This document shows positions 8,735 through 18,672 of a stretch of 64,000 nucleotides of DNA, piece after piece. The notes below the pieces were generated by a model. It searched no databases. It was given only the letters and a program-made list of their open reading frames with translations, and was not told where the DNA came from. Every line of letters begins with the position of its first letter. Within the stretch, counting starts at the first letter, position 1. A program made the translations under genes and the position numbers. This stretch comes from Candidatus Altimarinota bacterium (GTDB lineage Bacteria; Patescibacteriota; Gracilibacteria; CAIRYL01): the NCBI GenBank assembly GCA_965250085.1, contig OZ252287.1:832001-896000 (forward strand), written 5' to 3'.

Positions 8735-10213
8735 CTATTTCAGTACTTGTGGAATCCGAATCAATGAATGCTTTGTTCCTACTGTAATAGTGACTCCATA
8801 TGGAGGGTCCGCATCCTTCTCTGTTTTTGGTACTGGAAGAGGAACCAGTTCCGAAAGAAAATATTTTCTCAGGAGTCTCGCCAGCTGACGATTGTCATGA
8901 GTGTCGACAAATTGTATTTCCGTTTGTTCCAATGTGACGTCACTATTGTTTACACGGGTAACAGGAATGCCAAATCGTTCCAAATAAACGGCTGTTTCTC
9001 CCGCGAGTCCGGTTATTTTGGTGCCATTAAAGATAGAAATTTTGAGATCTCTGGTGTGCCATCTTTTTCGAAAGATATTATCTGCAAATATACGAATACG
9101 TTCATATTTGTTGTTTGTGAGGTTTAAGAAAGGAACAAGAACAAATGCTCCTCCATAGAGCTCTCTATCAGGCGTTACCAAAAAACCTCCTGGTTTTGTT
9201 TCATCATTATTGAGCCCAAAAGAAATAACTTTTTCTGCTGAGAGAGTAGTTCCCAATTCTGCAAATGAGATCATTTCTCTAAGAGAAAAATCTGTTTTTA
9301 CATGTCCATCTACTAAAGAATACAGTTCTTTTATCTTTGAAGGTGATGTTAAAATTTCTCTGGAAAGTGCTTTGTTTTGAATAGCGGTAATAACCTTTCT
9401 CTGACGTTTGGATCGCTCGAAGTCAGAGCTCCCATGACGAGACCGTGCATATTTGAGTGCTGTTTCTCCATCAAGATGCTGAGCTCCTTCTTCGAGAAAA
9501 AAATGTTCATACCCCCAATCTTTATTTGGATAAAGCTCATCATCAATTGAGCTCTCCACAATAACATCTATTCCTCCAAGAGCGTCTACCCCTTTAGCAA
9601 AACCACTAAAGTCAACTTGTAGGTACCGATGAATATCAATATCAAATATCTCATTGAGCTCATCCTTTAACACTTGTACTCCTTCATTGTATCCCTCATC
9701 TTTTGCTTCTGCCTTGTAGGCCGTCATTACATCACGAATGACCTCGTTTATCCTGCCTTGTGTTACAGCCGTTTGTACATAGAAGTCACGTGGAATAGAA
9801 AGGAGGACCGCATTTTTTTGTTTCTGATCAACACTCGCAATCATAATGGTGTCTGTGAGTGTTCCACCGGAATGCTCGTCTCCTCCAACTCCCAGCAATA
9901 ATATGTTGGTGTGTCCATATTGATCTTCGGGTAAGTCACTGCCTACTAATCCCAGAAGGTCTGAGGTTTCAAAATGAGTAAAAAATTGAAAAGCACGAAT
10001 ACTTACTTCTCCTATCAAAATGAGAGCAAATATGATCCCTGCAATACTTAGCAATGCTCGTATTCTTCCTCTTCTCTGGCGTCGTTTTGCAAAAAATTGA
10101 AACGGCGCGGAAATGCTTTGCTTACACTTTTGAAAAAAAGAAAGACTCAAACGAGAAAATGCCTTTTTCCTCTGAGATGCTCGAATATTTCTCTTCTGAA
10201 ATGTCATGTCCAT
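8735..10213 (-). CDS. LCP (LytR-CpsA-Psr) family protein with LytR C-terminal domain
   Basis: NILLLGV, TDTIM, SIPRD, ALKYARSR..SSDFERSKRQ, NGT.ITGLA; start uncertain. Confidence 0.9.
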   Translation of the reverse strand: MDMTFQKRNIRASQRKKAFSRLSLSFFQKCKQSISAPFQFFAKRRQRRGRIRALLSIAGIIFALILIGEVSIRAFQFFTHFETSDLLGLVGSDLPEDQYGHTNILLLGVGGDEHSGGTLTDTIMIASVDQKQKNAVLLSIPRDFYVQTAVTQGRINEVIRDVMTAYKAEAKDEGYNEGVQVLKDELNEIFDIDIHRYLQVDFSGFAKGVDALGGIDVIVESSIDDELYPNKDWGYEHFFLEEGAQHLDGETALKYARSRHGSSDFERSKRQRKVITAIQNKALSREILTSPSKIKELYSLVDGHVKTDFSLREMISFAELGTTLSAEKVISFGLNNDETKPGGFLVTPDRELYGGAFVLVPFLNLTNNKYERIRIFADNIFRKRWHTRDLKISIFNGTKITGLAGETAVYLERFGIPVTRVNNSDVTLEQTEIQFVDTHDNRQLARLLRKYFLSELVPLPVPKTEKDADPPYGVTITVGTKHSLIRIPQVLK

Positions 10214-10246
10214 CAGAAAATCTTTCCAAGAGTAACACATGAAAAT

Positions 10247-10300
10247 TAATTTTCAATTTCCAATTTCTAATTTTCACATGAATTCAAATTTTTCTGAAAT
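10247..10300. repeat. Degenerate 7-mer array (aatttyy)
   Basis: aattttc aatttcc aatttct aattttc. Confidence 0.5.
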
Positions 10301-10301
10301 A

Positions 10302-10330
10302 TTGAACTCTTGCTTGTTTTCCAGTACCAT
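10302..10330 (+). promoter_or_regulatory. sigma70-like promoter of tRNA-Met
   Basis: TTGAAC-N17-TACCAT. Confidence 0.5.
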
Positions 10331-10350
10331 TTTCCAGCTCTTTTATCTTC

Positions 10351-10427
10351 GCCACGGTAGCTCAGTTGGTAAGAGCGCAGGATTCATAACCCTGAGGTCG
10401 GCAGTTCAAATCTGCCCCGTGGCACCA
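10351..10427 (+). tRNA. tRNA with CAT anticodon (probably elongator Met)
   Basis: Acceptor stem GCCACGG/CCGTGGC, D arm GCTC/GAGC, loop TTCATAA, T loop TTCAAAT, encoded CCA; paired position 1:72 argues against initiator. Confidence 0.93.
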
Positions 10428-10458
10428 AAAAAACTATTTTTCTTTTTCTTCAAATTTT

Positions 10459-11718
10459 ATGAAGTATGTTCTTTTCATCTTCTGTGCATTTATTTTTTTG
10501 AGTGCATGTTCTCATAGCAATACTCAGACCCCGAATGAAGACCAGAATGATCGAGAGAAAAATATCACCATGAAAGATGTAATGTATATGGAAGGAGAAA
10601 ACAGCGCCATGGGATATTTGGCAAAACCTGAGGGAGAAGGTCCATTCCCAGCAGTGCTTCTGATCCATGAATGGTGGGGGCTCAATGAAAATATTCGCCA
10701 AAACGCAGAGCGTTTTGCTGAAGAAGGTTATGCAGCTCTTGCCGTTGACTTGTATAATGGTTCATCTGCCACAGATCCTGATGATGCACGGAAATTGGCA
10801 ACGTCTGTCAGAGAGGATATGGACAGCGCATTTGAGAATCTTACAAGTGCCATCGCTTACCTTCAAGACCTTCCGTCTGTTGACGCAAACAGAATGGCAT
10901 CAGTAGGGTGGTGTTTTGGGGGAGGATGGTCATATGAAATTGCCAAAAATAATCTGGGGGTTCAGAGCTCTGTGATCTATTATGGACAGTTTAATCCCGA
11001 AGATGATTTGTCTCAGATGCGAGCTAAAATATTGGGGCATTTTGGAGAAGAAGACGCTTCTATCCAAGTAGATACGGTGAAGGAATTTCAAGCAACGCTT
11101 CAGACGCTCTCTGGTTACCATGAGGTCTATATTTATCCAAATTCCGGACATGCGTTTGCCAACCAGGACAATGATAATTACAACGAGCAGTCTGCAAATA
11201 CCGCTTGGGAGCGGACACTCAATTTTTTAAATCTCCATGTAAAAGCCAAAACACTTACTGTTGAAGCAGATAATACTTGGTATGGCTCGGTGCTGGTGAG
11301 AGGGTATCCAGAAGTGGTACAGATTATTGATCCTCAGTGCACAGAAGATTGTGAGAAAGAGGAAGTGCAATTTCACTTGCTCCAAACGAGTCGCCCTGAT
11401 TTTAAAGAAGTCTTGGAAACACATTCTGAACTTTTTGCTCAACCCAACACTCTTCGTCTTGGATGCGTATCCGAAGGCAAAATAAAATACTCTAACTTTT
11501 CAGACGACGGAGAAGGTGTGCCCATTTTGGAATCTGCACAAGACAGCCCTGTAGAGATAGTACAGGGCTTCTTTTTAAATAGTGAAACTTCTTCAGCAAT
11601 TTTGGATGCAACTCAGGAGAGTCCTATTGCCCTTAAACTCAAAAGACTTCGCCTTTCTGAAGAACCAGAGGAATATCCTGTCTGCTACTCGCATTTCACT
11701 ACAATGGGAGTGCTTTAG
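10459..11718 (+). CDS. Dienelactone hydrolase-family lipoprotein with an extra C-terminal domain
   Basis: Lipobox FLSAC; IHEWWGLN, GWCFGGG, HAF motifs. Confidence 0.85.
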   Translation: MKYVLFIFCAFIFLSACSHSNTQTPNEDQNDREKNITMKDVMYMEGENSAMGYLAKPEGEGPFPAVLLIHEWWGLNENIRQNAERFAEEGYAALAVDLYNGSSATDPDDARKLATSVREDMDSAFENLTSAIAYLQDLPSVDANRMASVGWCFGGGWSYEIAKNNLGVQSSVIYYGQFNPEDDLSQMRAKILGHFGEEDASIQVDTVKEFQATLQTLSGYHEVYIYPNSGHAFANQDNDNYNEQSANTAWERTLNFLNLHVKAKTLTVEADNTWYGSVLVRGYPEVVQIIDPQCTEDCEKEEVQFHLLQTSRPDFKEVLETHSELFAQPNTLRLGCVSEGKIKYSNFSDDGEGVPILESAQDSPVEIVQGFFLNSETSSAILDATQESPIALKLKRLRLSEEPEEYPVCYSHFTTMGVL

Positions 11719-12116
11719 CGGGGAAAAGAAGTGATTATGATCGCCATCACAATAATGCGAATGAGATCATATCCCATGTCAATCAGATATACTCTGAGGG
11801 ATTTTTTCGGCCAAATGAAATATGGAATACTTCCTATAATCATAAATCCCAGCCATATCCAGAAAGCAACTATAAGTGCATCAGGAATGACCGTCATATG
11901 AGCATAGTCCATCATGTATACCAAGATAAAAGCTACTACTAGAGCAGAGCAGAAGGAAATAAGGAGCCACCACCAAAAACTCGTAAGATCTTCTTCTTTT
12001 TTTCCAGTAAGTTGCATCCATGACTGCCCAAAAAGTGGTCCATACCAAGCCGACCCGAGTATAACGTCTGCCACTGCCGCAACAAAGAGGGCTAAAAAAG
12101 GGGGTTGAAAATCCAT
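11715..12116 (-). CDS. DUF1761-like membrane protein
   Basis: G.AWYGP.LFG..W motif; four TM helices. Confidence 0.75.
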   Translation of the reverse strand: MDFQPPFLALFVAAVADVILGSAWYGPLFGQSWMQLTGKKEEDLTSFWWWLLISFCSALVVAFILVYMMDYAHMTVIPDALIVAFWIWLGFMIIGSIPYFIWPKKSLRVYLIDMGYDLIRIIVMAIIITSFPR

Positions 12117-12243
12117 ATTTTTGTCAGAAAGGAAACAAAAACATGATACTTATTTTTCTCTGTTCTATAAAGCACTCCGAAAGAAATGCTCTCCTTTAGT
12201 TCTCTATTTTTCTCGAGTACAATACACTCATTGTCTTCTGAAT

Positions 12244-12993
12244 ATGACCCTGCAAAAAGAAAAGATTCGCCACGTAAAGCATATTCTGAAGATATCTCTT
12301 CTTGTTTTTTGGATGCTGTGTTTTGTGGCGGGTATTGTCGGAACTATTTATTTTTTACGAATCCATACTCCTGAAGAAGCTATTGTTCTTATGGAGGGGT
12401 TTATTCGTCAAAATACTCTTGGGATTATTTTTGGAGCATTCGTACTTTATTTTGTGCGTTCAATTATCTTTGTTCCGGTTTCTGTATTGGGAGCGGCACT
12501 TGGAATTGTGCTAAGTGACAACCCAATACTTGCCATCAGTATTGCAGGTATCGGAGCATTCTTATCGGCAATTCTTTCTTTTGGTATTGCAAGAGCTCTC
12601 GGACGAGAATGGGTTGCAGAGCACGAATCCGATCGATTGAGATATTTTGACGAAAAAGTAAAAAAACGTGGATTCTTTACTATTCTTATTCTCAGGCTTC
12701 TTCTGTTTATTCCGTTTGACCTTATTAATATTCTGAGTGGAGTCTCTGGCATTCGACTTGTCAGTTATGCTGCCGCAACATTTATTGGCATCTGGCCAGA
12801 AGTTGCCGTACAGGTGCTTATTGGCAGTGCCGTGCTCAATCCAAAAAACATTATATTTCTCATTGCCATAGCTCTCGCCATACTCGCTTTAACCTACTTT
12901 CTCAAAACTCATTCCCATTTTCGCGATATTTTGAATCCTAAAAAGCAATACAAAAAACTCAAAGAGAAAAGACAACAGAAAAAGTCTTTATAA
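12244..12993 (+). CDS. TVP38/TMEM64 (DedA/VTT) family membrane protein
   Basis: IARALGR..V, LRLL..IPFD..N..SG, Y..ATF.G..P; start placed at ATG 12244. Confidence 0.85.
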   Translation: MTLQKEKIRHVKHILKISLLVFWMLCFVAGIVGTIYFLRIHTPEEAIVLMEGFIRQNTLGIIFGAFVLYFVRSIIFVPVSVLGAALGIVLSDNPILAISIAGIGAFLSAILSFGIARALGREWVAEHESDRLRYFDEKVKKRGFFTILILRLLLFIPFDLINILSGVSGIRLVSYAAATFIGIWPEVAVQVLIGSAVLNPKNIIFLIAIALAILALTYFLKTHSHFRDILNPKKQYKKLKEKRQQKKSL

Positions 12994-13033
12994 CAAGTCT
13001 TCTCGTTCTGTCTCTGTTGAGCTTTGTCTTTTA

Positions 13034-13759
13034 TTAGTAGTACGCTTCCATAAAAATATGTTTTTTTGTAAAATTTTTCTCCTCTGTCAGAACACGGGTT
13101 ACGTCTTTTACCATGGGAGGAGATCCGCAAAGATATATATCTTTGCTCTGCAAATATTCTGCGGATTTTTGAGCAATATATTCAGTGACCATTCCTTTTT
13201 TTGCAACTACTTTTTTGAGATCTTCTTTTTCTGGATCAGAGAGGTAAAAAACATAATCAAAATTGGGGACCGTGTTTTTAAATTCAGAAATTTCATTCAT
13301 ATATGCAATATGGTCAGCCGTGTAGTTCCCAAATATCAATATATTTTCCCCAGAAGATGTTTCTTTTTTCAATTCTTCCAAAAATGCTTTTATAGGAGCT
13401 ATTCCACTTCCAGTTGCCATAAAAATTTTATCCCGCTTCGCATCCTGTAAGGCAAAGTGTCCAAATGGACCCCGAAACGTTATCACATCATCAACTTTCA
13501 GATTATCCAGATACGTGCTCCCTACTCCTTCTGGAATAATTTTGGCACAGATTTCAAAACAAGGGAGTGTCTTTGGCGAAGTCGCGAATGAATACGCTCG
13601 AAATACTTTTTCTTCAATTTTGAGAGAAAGAAATTGTCCAGCTTGAAAGTGAAATTTATGATCTTTATGAAGCTTCACTTCAAATTGAAATACTTTCATT
13701 TCTTTTGCTTCATTGCGCACATCCTGTAAAACCGCCTGAAATTCGGGAATAGAAATCAT
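13034..13759 (-). CDS. FAD/NAD(P)-dependent oxidoreductase, ferredoxin-NADP+ reductase family
   Basis: AGQF, RAYS, GSTYL, ATGSGIAP, YLCGSP.M. Confidence 0.88.
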   Translation of the reverse strand: MISIPEFQAVLQDVRNEAKEMKVFQFEVKLHKDHKFHFQAGQFLSLKIEEKVFRAYSFATSPKTLPCFEICAKIIPEGVGSTYLDNLKVDDVITFRGPFGHFALQDAKRDKIFMATGSGIAPIKAFLEELKKETSSGENILIFGNYTADHIAYMNEISEFKNTVPNFDYVFYLSDPEKEDLKKVVAKKGMVTEYIAQKSAEYLQSKDIYLCGSPPMVKDVTRVLTEEKNFTKKHIFMEAYY

Positions 13760-13880
13760 GATGTGAATGGAATGAAAAGTTGAAGGATTCGCGTTGTGCT
13801 CCTCCTCTCTTTAGAAAAAGAGAAACTGAGGAGAATCTTATCCTGAGAATTAGAGCGTGTACACCATAAGTTATTCTCTT

Positions 13881-14894
13881 TCATTCTTTCGCCTGCCATG
13901 ACAGCACAAAAACAAAAAGTCCTACAAAACTGAGAAATAGGAGTTTTCCTAACGTTTGTAAATACAGACCTGAAAGCCCTAATAAAGTAGAAATAAGAAG
14001 AAAAAGAAGGAGTGTTTGCCTTTCGGAAAACCCCCGCTTTTTGAGCTGGTCATGTAAATGTCTTCTGTCGCCTCCTTTGAAAGGCGATTGACCAGATTTC
14101 AAGCGATGAAAAATAACACAAAAGGCATCAAATACAGGAATTGCTAGAACTAAAAAAGCTGTTGCTATTTTTCCTCCGGAAAAAATAGAAAGTACTGCTA
14201 TTAAAAACCCTGAAAACATCGCTCCAGTATCACCATTCAGAATTTTCGGAGGAGCGATATTAAAAAATGTGAAGCCAAAATTTGCCGCAGCAAACGCAAA
14301 ACACATCGTCGCCAGAACTGGCTGATCTACAACTGGACTCAGAGACAAGGCGCCCAAAAATATTCCTGCCAGCACAGAGGTTCCTGAGGCTGCTCCGGGC
14401 ACTCCATCTAGCCAATTCACCGTATTCATGAGTCCTACACACCACAGTACGGTCGCAACTGCTGCAATCAATGGTGAAAGTTCAAATGCCATCTCTCCAA
14501 ATGGATTGGAGATATAGATTATTTCAGTTCCGGTTGAAACAAGAAGTATTCCCAATAGTATCTGTAATCCCAAACGAAAAACGGGGTGTACTCCTTTACG
14601 GTCATCCCAAAATGAAACGATTGCTAATAGTATAATTCCCCAAATAACTCCCCATAATTGAAGATCAATTGGAAAAAATAGTACCAGAGAGAGAAGAAAG
14701 CTTAGAACGATCGCGACTCCTCCTGGGTATGGAATGGGGTTACGATTGTGTCCGTACTTTTCTGGAAAATCCAAAATATTCCATGTGGGGAACAATTTGT
14801 ATACTCCTAGGCTCAACACAATACTCAGCGCTAATGTGCTCAGTGGTATTAGAATGAGCATATTGCCAAATTCGGAAAAAATCTCAGAGAACAT
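13881..14894 (-). CDS. Undecaprenyl-phosphate GlcNAc-1-phosphate transferase (WecA/TagO, MraY family)
   Basis: P.PGG.AI, DD, NTVNWLDG, GDTG, DRRHLH; start uncertain. Confidence 0.88.
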   Translation of the reverse strand: MFSEIFSEFGNMLILIPLSTLALSIVLSLGVYKLFPTWNILDFPEKYGHNRNPIPYPGGVAIVLSFLLSLVLFFPIDLQLWGVIWGIILLAIVSFWDDRKGVHPVFRLGLQILLGILLVSTGTEIIYISNPFGEMAFELSPLIAAVATVLWCVGLMNTVNWLDGVPGAASGTSVLAGIFLGALSLSPVVDQPVLATMCFAFAAANFGFTFFNIAPPKILNGDTGAMFSGFLIAVLSIFSGGKIATAFLVLAIPVFDAFCVIFHRLKSGQSPFKGGDRRHLHDQLKKRGFSERQTLLLFLLISTLLGLSGLYLQTLGKLLFLSFVGLFVFVLSWQAKE

Positions 14895-14931
14895 AATACT
14901 CCCAAAATCTTGCACAGATTTGTAGTTTTGT

Positions 14932-15585
14932 CTATGAAGACTCCTCGAGAATTCTGGATGCAAGCTCTGGATCTTGGTCTAAAAGAAGGGAAAGTGCTAA
15001 CTTGTTTCCTTCTATGGGCAATTTGAAAATAAGATTTTTTCTTAATTCTACTATTACGGATGTGATGCTTTCACTTTCTTCCACTGATCCACAAACTTTG
15101 CCGCCAAGAACCTTCTCTATGTCATCGACTTCATCAGGAAGTGTAATATCTGCTCTTACATAAAATATCTGCTCATTCGTTCCTCCTGGTGAAACATAAT
15201 TTTTTTCACCAGTATTTATTTCTCGCACTTGAGTAATCCATTCTCTTTGTATTGGAGTCTCCTCGCACAACTCATCTTTTGCCATCTCTAAGAGAGTTTT
15301 TTCTGGTTTCTCTAACGATCCAGCAGGAAATCCAAGGAACTCTTCTGCGGCACCAGAACGGTATTCATTTCCTAAAATGGTATAGATTTTTCCTCTGTGC
15401 TCGATAACAGGGATTATTATAACGCTATCTTGGCGAAGGAATAATAGTCGATCTCGTCCATTCGGAGCTTGCGTTACTACCACTTGCATGAGTAAATTAT
15501 CTCCTACTTTTACTTCCCTCAAGACTGTCGTAGGAAGTTTTTCTCCTTCTTTTCTTTGATACCATTCAGAGATTGCTTTCCTCAT
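14932..15585 (-). CDS. Nudix hydrolase (ADP-ribose/ADP-sugar pyrophosphatase-like)
   Basis: FPAGSLE.......AKDELCEET Nudix-box variant; SPG.TNE motif. Confidence 0.75.
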   Translation of the reverse strand: MRKAISEWYQRKEGEKLPTTVLREVKVGDNLLMQVVVTQAPNGRDRLLFLRQDSVIIIPVIEHRGKIYTILGNEYRSGAAEEFLGFPAGSLEKPEKTLLEMAKDELCEETPIQREWITQVREINTGEKNYVSPGGTNEQIFYVRADITLPDEVDDIEKVLGGKVCGSVEESESITSVIVELRKNLIFKLPIEGNKLALSLLLDQDPELASRILEESS

Positions 15586-15609
15586 TGCTCAAGTTTTTAA
15601 TTTAATCAA

Positions 15610-15637
15610 ATTTTAACCAATAAATATATTTTGTCAA
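15610..15637 (-). promoter_or_regulatory. sigma70-like promoter of the Nudix gene
   Basis: TTGACA-N16-TAAAAT on the minus strand. Confidence 0.5.
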
Positions 15638-15653
15638 TCGCTTCCGCATACTG

Positions 15654-15682
15654 TTGACTTCCCTGTATCTCCTTTGTAAACT
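15654..15682 (+). promoter_or_regulatory. sigma70-like promoter of the V/A-ATPase operon
   Basis: TTGACT-N17-TAAACT. Confidence 0.55.
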
Positions 15683-15732
15683 GCTCTGGCTCTCATTTCA
15701 GGATGAGAATATTTTTTTGAAAGTACGTTCCC

Positions 15733-16050
15733 ATGTCACAATCTCTTACTCAGATTCAAGAAGCTGAAAAAAAGGCAGCAAAAATAAAAGCTGCTGCAGA
15801 AGAAAAAACACATAGAATCATTGTCGATGCAGAAGAAAAATCGCATCAAGACTCCAGAAAACACAAGGAATCTCTCCATGAAAAACAACGTGCATCATTG
15901 ATGAAACACAAAGAAATATGCGCCGAGAAACTCGAAAAAACAGAAAAGCAAATGACTGCCTCCTTGATGTCTTCCAAAAAGAAGTGGGAAGGAAATGTTC
16001 AGAAGGGAGCGGACTTTTTGGTGAAATCATTCGTAGAATACTTTTCATAA
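15733..16050 (+). CDS. V/A-type ATPase subunit G/H (peripheral stalk)
   Basis: I.EAE..A..I...AEE coiled coil; first gene of the operon. Confidence 0.75.
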   Translation: MSQSLTQIQEAEKKAAKIKAAAEEKTHRIIVDAEEKSHQDSRKHKESLHEKQRASLMKHKEICAEKLEKTEKQMTASLMSSKKKWEGNVQKGADFLVKSFVEYFS

Positions 16051-16075
16051 AATTTGTAATCTGTAATACCTCTTC

Positions 16076-18022
16076 TTGGCTACTCAAATTTCTACAAAAA
16101 TTCGGCTCCTTTCTCACTCCGCGCTTGCAAAGCGGTTGCTTGCGTTTTTGCAGGAAAAAGAGATATTTCATCTGAGTGCTCAAAGTCAAACTCGTGAAAC
16201 CGCAATACATAAAGGAACTCACACTTGGGGAGAAATTGAGTCTGCACTTCGGTTTCTTGCTCCATATGAAGAAAAAAAAGGAGGCATTACTCGCATATTT
16301 GTAGGGAGCAAAGTACTTTCTTCTGAAAAAGAAATTCTTTCTTTGCAGAAAAAATTTCCACTCAAAAAGGTTTTGATGGAGATTCAAAAAGCAGAACATT
16401 CAAAAAACAAACAATCATCGCTTCTTCTGAAGCAAGAAGAACAGGGGATATTTTGGGATGAATGGAAAGACGTTTCTCTTTCTGCTGCTTTCAAAAGCAA
16501 AGAGTACTCTGTTATGTTTTGCAAATTCCAACGAATCGCTGAAGAATCATTGCACGATGGTCTTTCTTCACTTCCTCGGTTGAGTCACCTTGAAATATTG
16601 GGAACTACAAAACTTTCTGTTTTGGGAATGATTATTTTTCATCACGAAGAAAAAAAACTGCTCCATGAGTTTTTGAGTGCTCACGATGGAAGCGAAGTGC
16701 AATTGGAAACGAATGGATCTTCTCCTCAAAAAGTATTTGCTCGTATTCAAAAAGAAAAACTATCCGCTGAAAAAAGCTTAGCTCAAGTAGAACAATCTAT
16801 CATAAAACTATCAGAGCATACTGATGATCTCAAGCTTCTTTCTGATTATTATCTCTGGGAAAAACAAAAAGAGAATATGTTGCAAAATACTGGTGAAGTA
16901 GGAACATCTGTGCTGAGTTTGGAAGGATGGATTCCTCAAGATGCGATTGATGATTTCGAAAAAGAATTAAATAAAAAATTTCCTGAGACACACTTGGAAA
17001 AAATTGAGCCAGAAAAAGGCGAAGTGGCTCCAGTGGAACTGAAAAATAAAAGTGTCTTCAAGCCGTTCGAGATTATTACACGTTTATTTGGACTTCCATC
17101 TCCAACTGAACTGGATCCTACCCCATACCTCACTCCGTTTTTTATTATATTTTTTGCATTTTGTCTTACTGATGCCGGGTATGGCATTTTAATAACCATT
17201 ATGACTTTTCTTGTATTGAAATTTTTTAAAATGGAAAGTGGTACTCGAGAAATGTTTCGCCTTTTATTTGTAGGAGGAATAGCAACAATCGTTATGGGCG
17301 CTATTTTTGGTGGATGGTTCGGTATTCCTGTAGAAAACCTGCCTCCATTTTTACAAAAACTTCAAATATTTGACCCCATCGACGATTTGGTTTCCAAGGT
17401 AGGTCCTCTTGCTCTGGGACTTGGAGTGTTACAACTCTGGTTTGGAGTATTGCTCTCTGGCATTACGAAGGTAAAAAATGGACACATTTCTGAGGCATGG
17501 CAAACATCATTTCCCCTTGCTCTTCTGGTGCTTGCATCAATTGCATGGCCAGTGGTAGGTTCACTGGGCTTTGTGGAAGCGGCAAAAATATTAAAATATG
17601 TCTTTCTTGGTCTTCTTCTCTTTATGGTATGGGGATTTGGATATGGAACAAAAAACATTTTGGTGAGACCCATAATGGGGGTTTTTGGAATTTTGAATGA
17701 AGTAATGGGATGGCTTTCAAATGTGCTCTCTTATTCCAGGCTGTTTGCTCTGGGACTTGCCACAGGAATCATTGCTCAGGTATTTAATGAAGTTGCCTTT
17801 ACTATTGGTGGCATTCTTCCTGTCGGGCTCAATGTCATTATGATCGTGTTTATTATTTTGTTTGGACACACCCTCAATATAGGGCTCAATACTTTGGGAT
17901 CATTTATTCATTCTGGTCGTTTGCAGTTTGTGGAATTTTTTGGAAAATTTATGGAAGGAGGAGGAAGCCAGTTTCGCCCCTTCAAAAAAGAACGCCAATA
18001 TTTATTCTTAGAGTCCAGCTAA
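16076..18022 (+). CDS. ntpI: V/A-type ATPase subunit I (a)
   Basis: LEGWIP, P...ELDPTP, DAGYG, LSYSRLFALGL, GH.LN, IHS.RLQFVEFFGKF. Confidence 0.95.
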   Translation: MATQISTKIRLLSHSALAKRLLAFLQEKEIFHLSAQSQTRETAIHKGTHTWGEIESALRFLAPYEEKKGGITRIFVGSKVLSSEKEILSLQKKFPLKKVLMEIQKAEHSKNKQSSLLLKQEEQGIFWDEWKDVSLSAAFKSKEYSVMFCKFQRIAEESLHDGLSSLPRLSHLEILGTTKLSVLGMIIFHHEEKKLLHEFLSAHDGSEVQLETNGSSPQKVFARIQKEKLSAEKSLAQVEQSIIKLSEHTDDLKLLSDYYLWEKQKENMLQNTGEVGTSVLSLEGWIPQDAIDDFEKELNKKFPETHLEKIEPEKGEVAPVELKNKSVFKPFEIITRLFGLPSPTELDPTPYLTPFFIIFFAFCLTDAGYGILITIMTFLVLKFFKMESGTREMFRLLFVGGIATIVMGAIFGGWFGIPVENLPPFLQKLQIFDPIDDLVSKVGPLALGLGVLQLWFGVLLSGITKVKNGHISEAWQTSFPLALLVLASIAWPVVGSLGFVEAAKILKYVFLGLLLFMVWGFGYGTKNILVRPIMGVFGILNEVMGWLSNVLSYSRLFALGLATGIIAQVFNEVAFTIGGILPVGLNVIMIVFIILFGHTLNIGLNTLGSFIHSGRLQFVEFFGKFMEGGGSQFRPFKKERQYLFLESS

Positions 18023-18098
18023 GAACTTTGAGTGCTGAACTCTGAATATTATTACTTTCCTGATATTTAGAATTTAGAACTTAAAAAACTCATAACTT
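18021..18098. repeat. Degenerate 7-mer array between subunits I and K
   Basis: ctgaact ctgaata ... tttagaa tttagaa cttaaaa. Confidence 0.45.
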
Positions 18099-18127
18099 CC
18101 TTTTTCTATTCTTTTATTTTACTTTCT

Positions 18128-18622
18128 ATGGAAGAAACTATGGTTAATTTCGGGCCAGCACTGGCCATTATGGGCGCTGCGCTTGCTGCTGCTCTTGGGG
18201 GCATCGGTTCATGTTTTGGAGTCGGAGCTGTAGGACAAGCAGCTTCTGGCGTCACTGCTGAAAAACCCGAAGCTTTCGGAAAACTCCTCGTCCTTGGAGC
18301 TCTCCCTGGGTCACAGGGAATTTATGGTCTTGTTGGTGCCTTCTTGGTGCTCAACTTTTTTCCCAATATTGCAGAAATGGATATTGCAACTGGATGGAAA
18401 GTATTTGGTGCATGTCTTCCATTGGCCCTCACTGCTCTCTTCTCTGGAATTTTTCAGGGAAAAGTTGCTGCTGCTGGGACAAATATTATTGCTAAAAATC
18501 CAGCAGAAGGAGGAAAGGCTATTATTCTTGCAGCCATCGTAGAAACATTTGCGATCTTGGGTCTTCTGGCAACTTTCTTGCTTCTTAACAATGTGCGAGA
18601 GGCTATCGAGGTTGCTGCTTAG
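18128..18622 (+). CDS. ntpK: V/A-type ATPase subunit K (c), four-TM, Na+-binding signature
   Basis: LPGSQGIYG, SGIFQG, IVET. Confidence 0.95.
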   Translation: MEETMVNFGPALAIMGAALAAALGGIGSCFGVGAVGQAASGVTAEKPEAFGKLLVLGALPGSQGIYGLVGAFLVLNFFPNIAEMDIATGWKVFGACLPLALTALFSGIFQGKVAAAGTNIIAKNPAEGGKAIILAAIVETFAILGLLATFLLLNNVREAIEVAA

Positions 18623-18672
18623 TTTTTTGAAGACTTTCATTTTTTTTATTTCATATTTTTAAGCTCTTTTTC

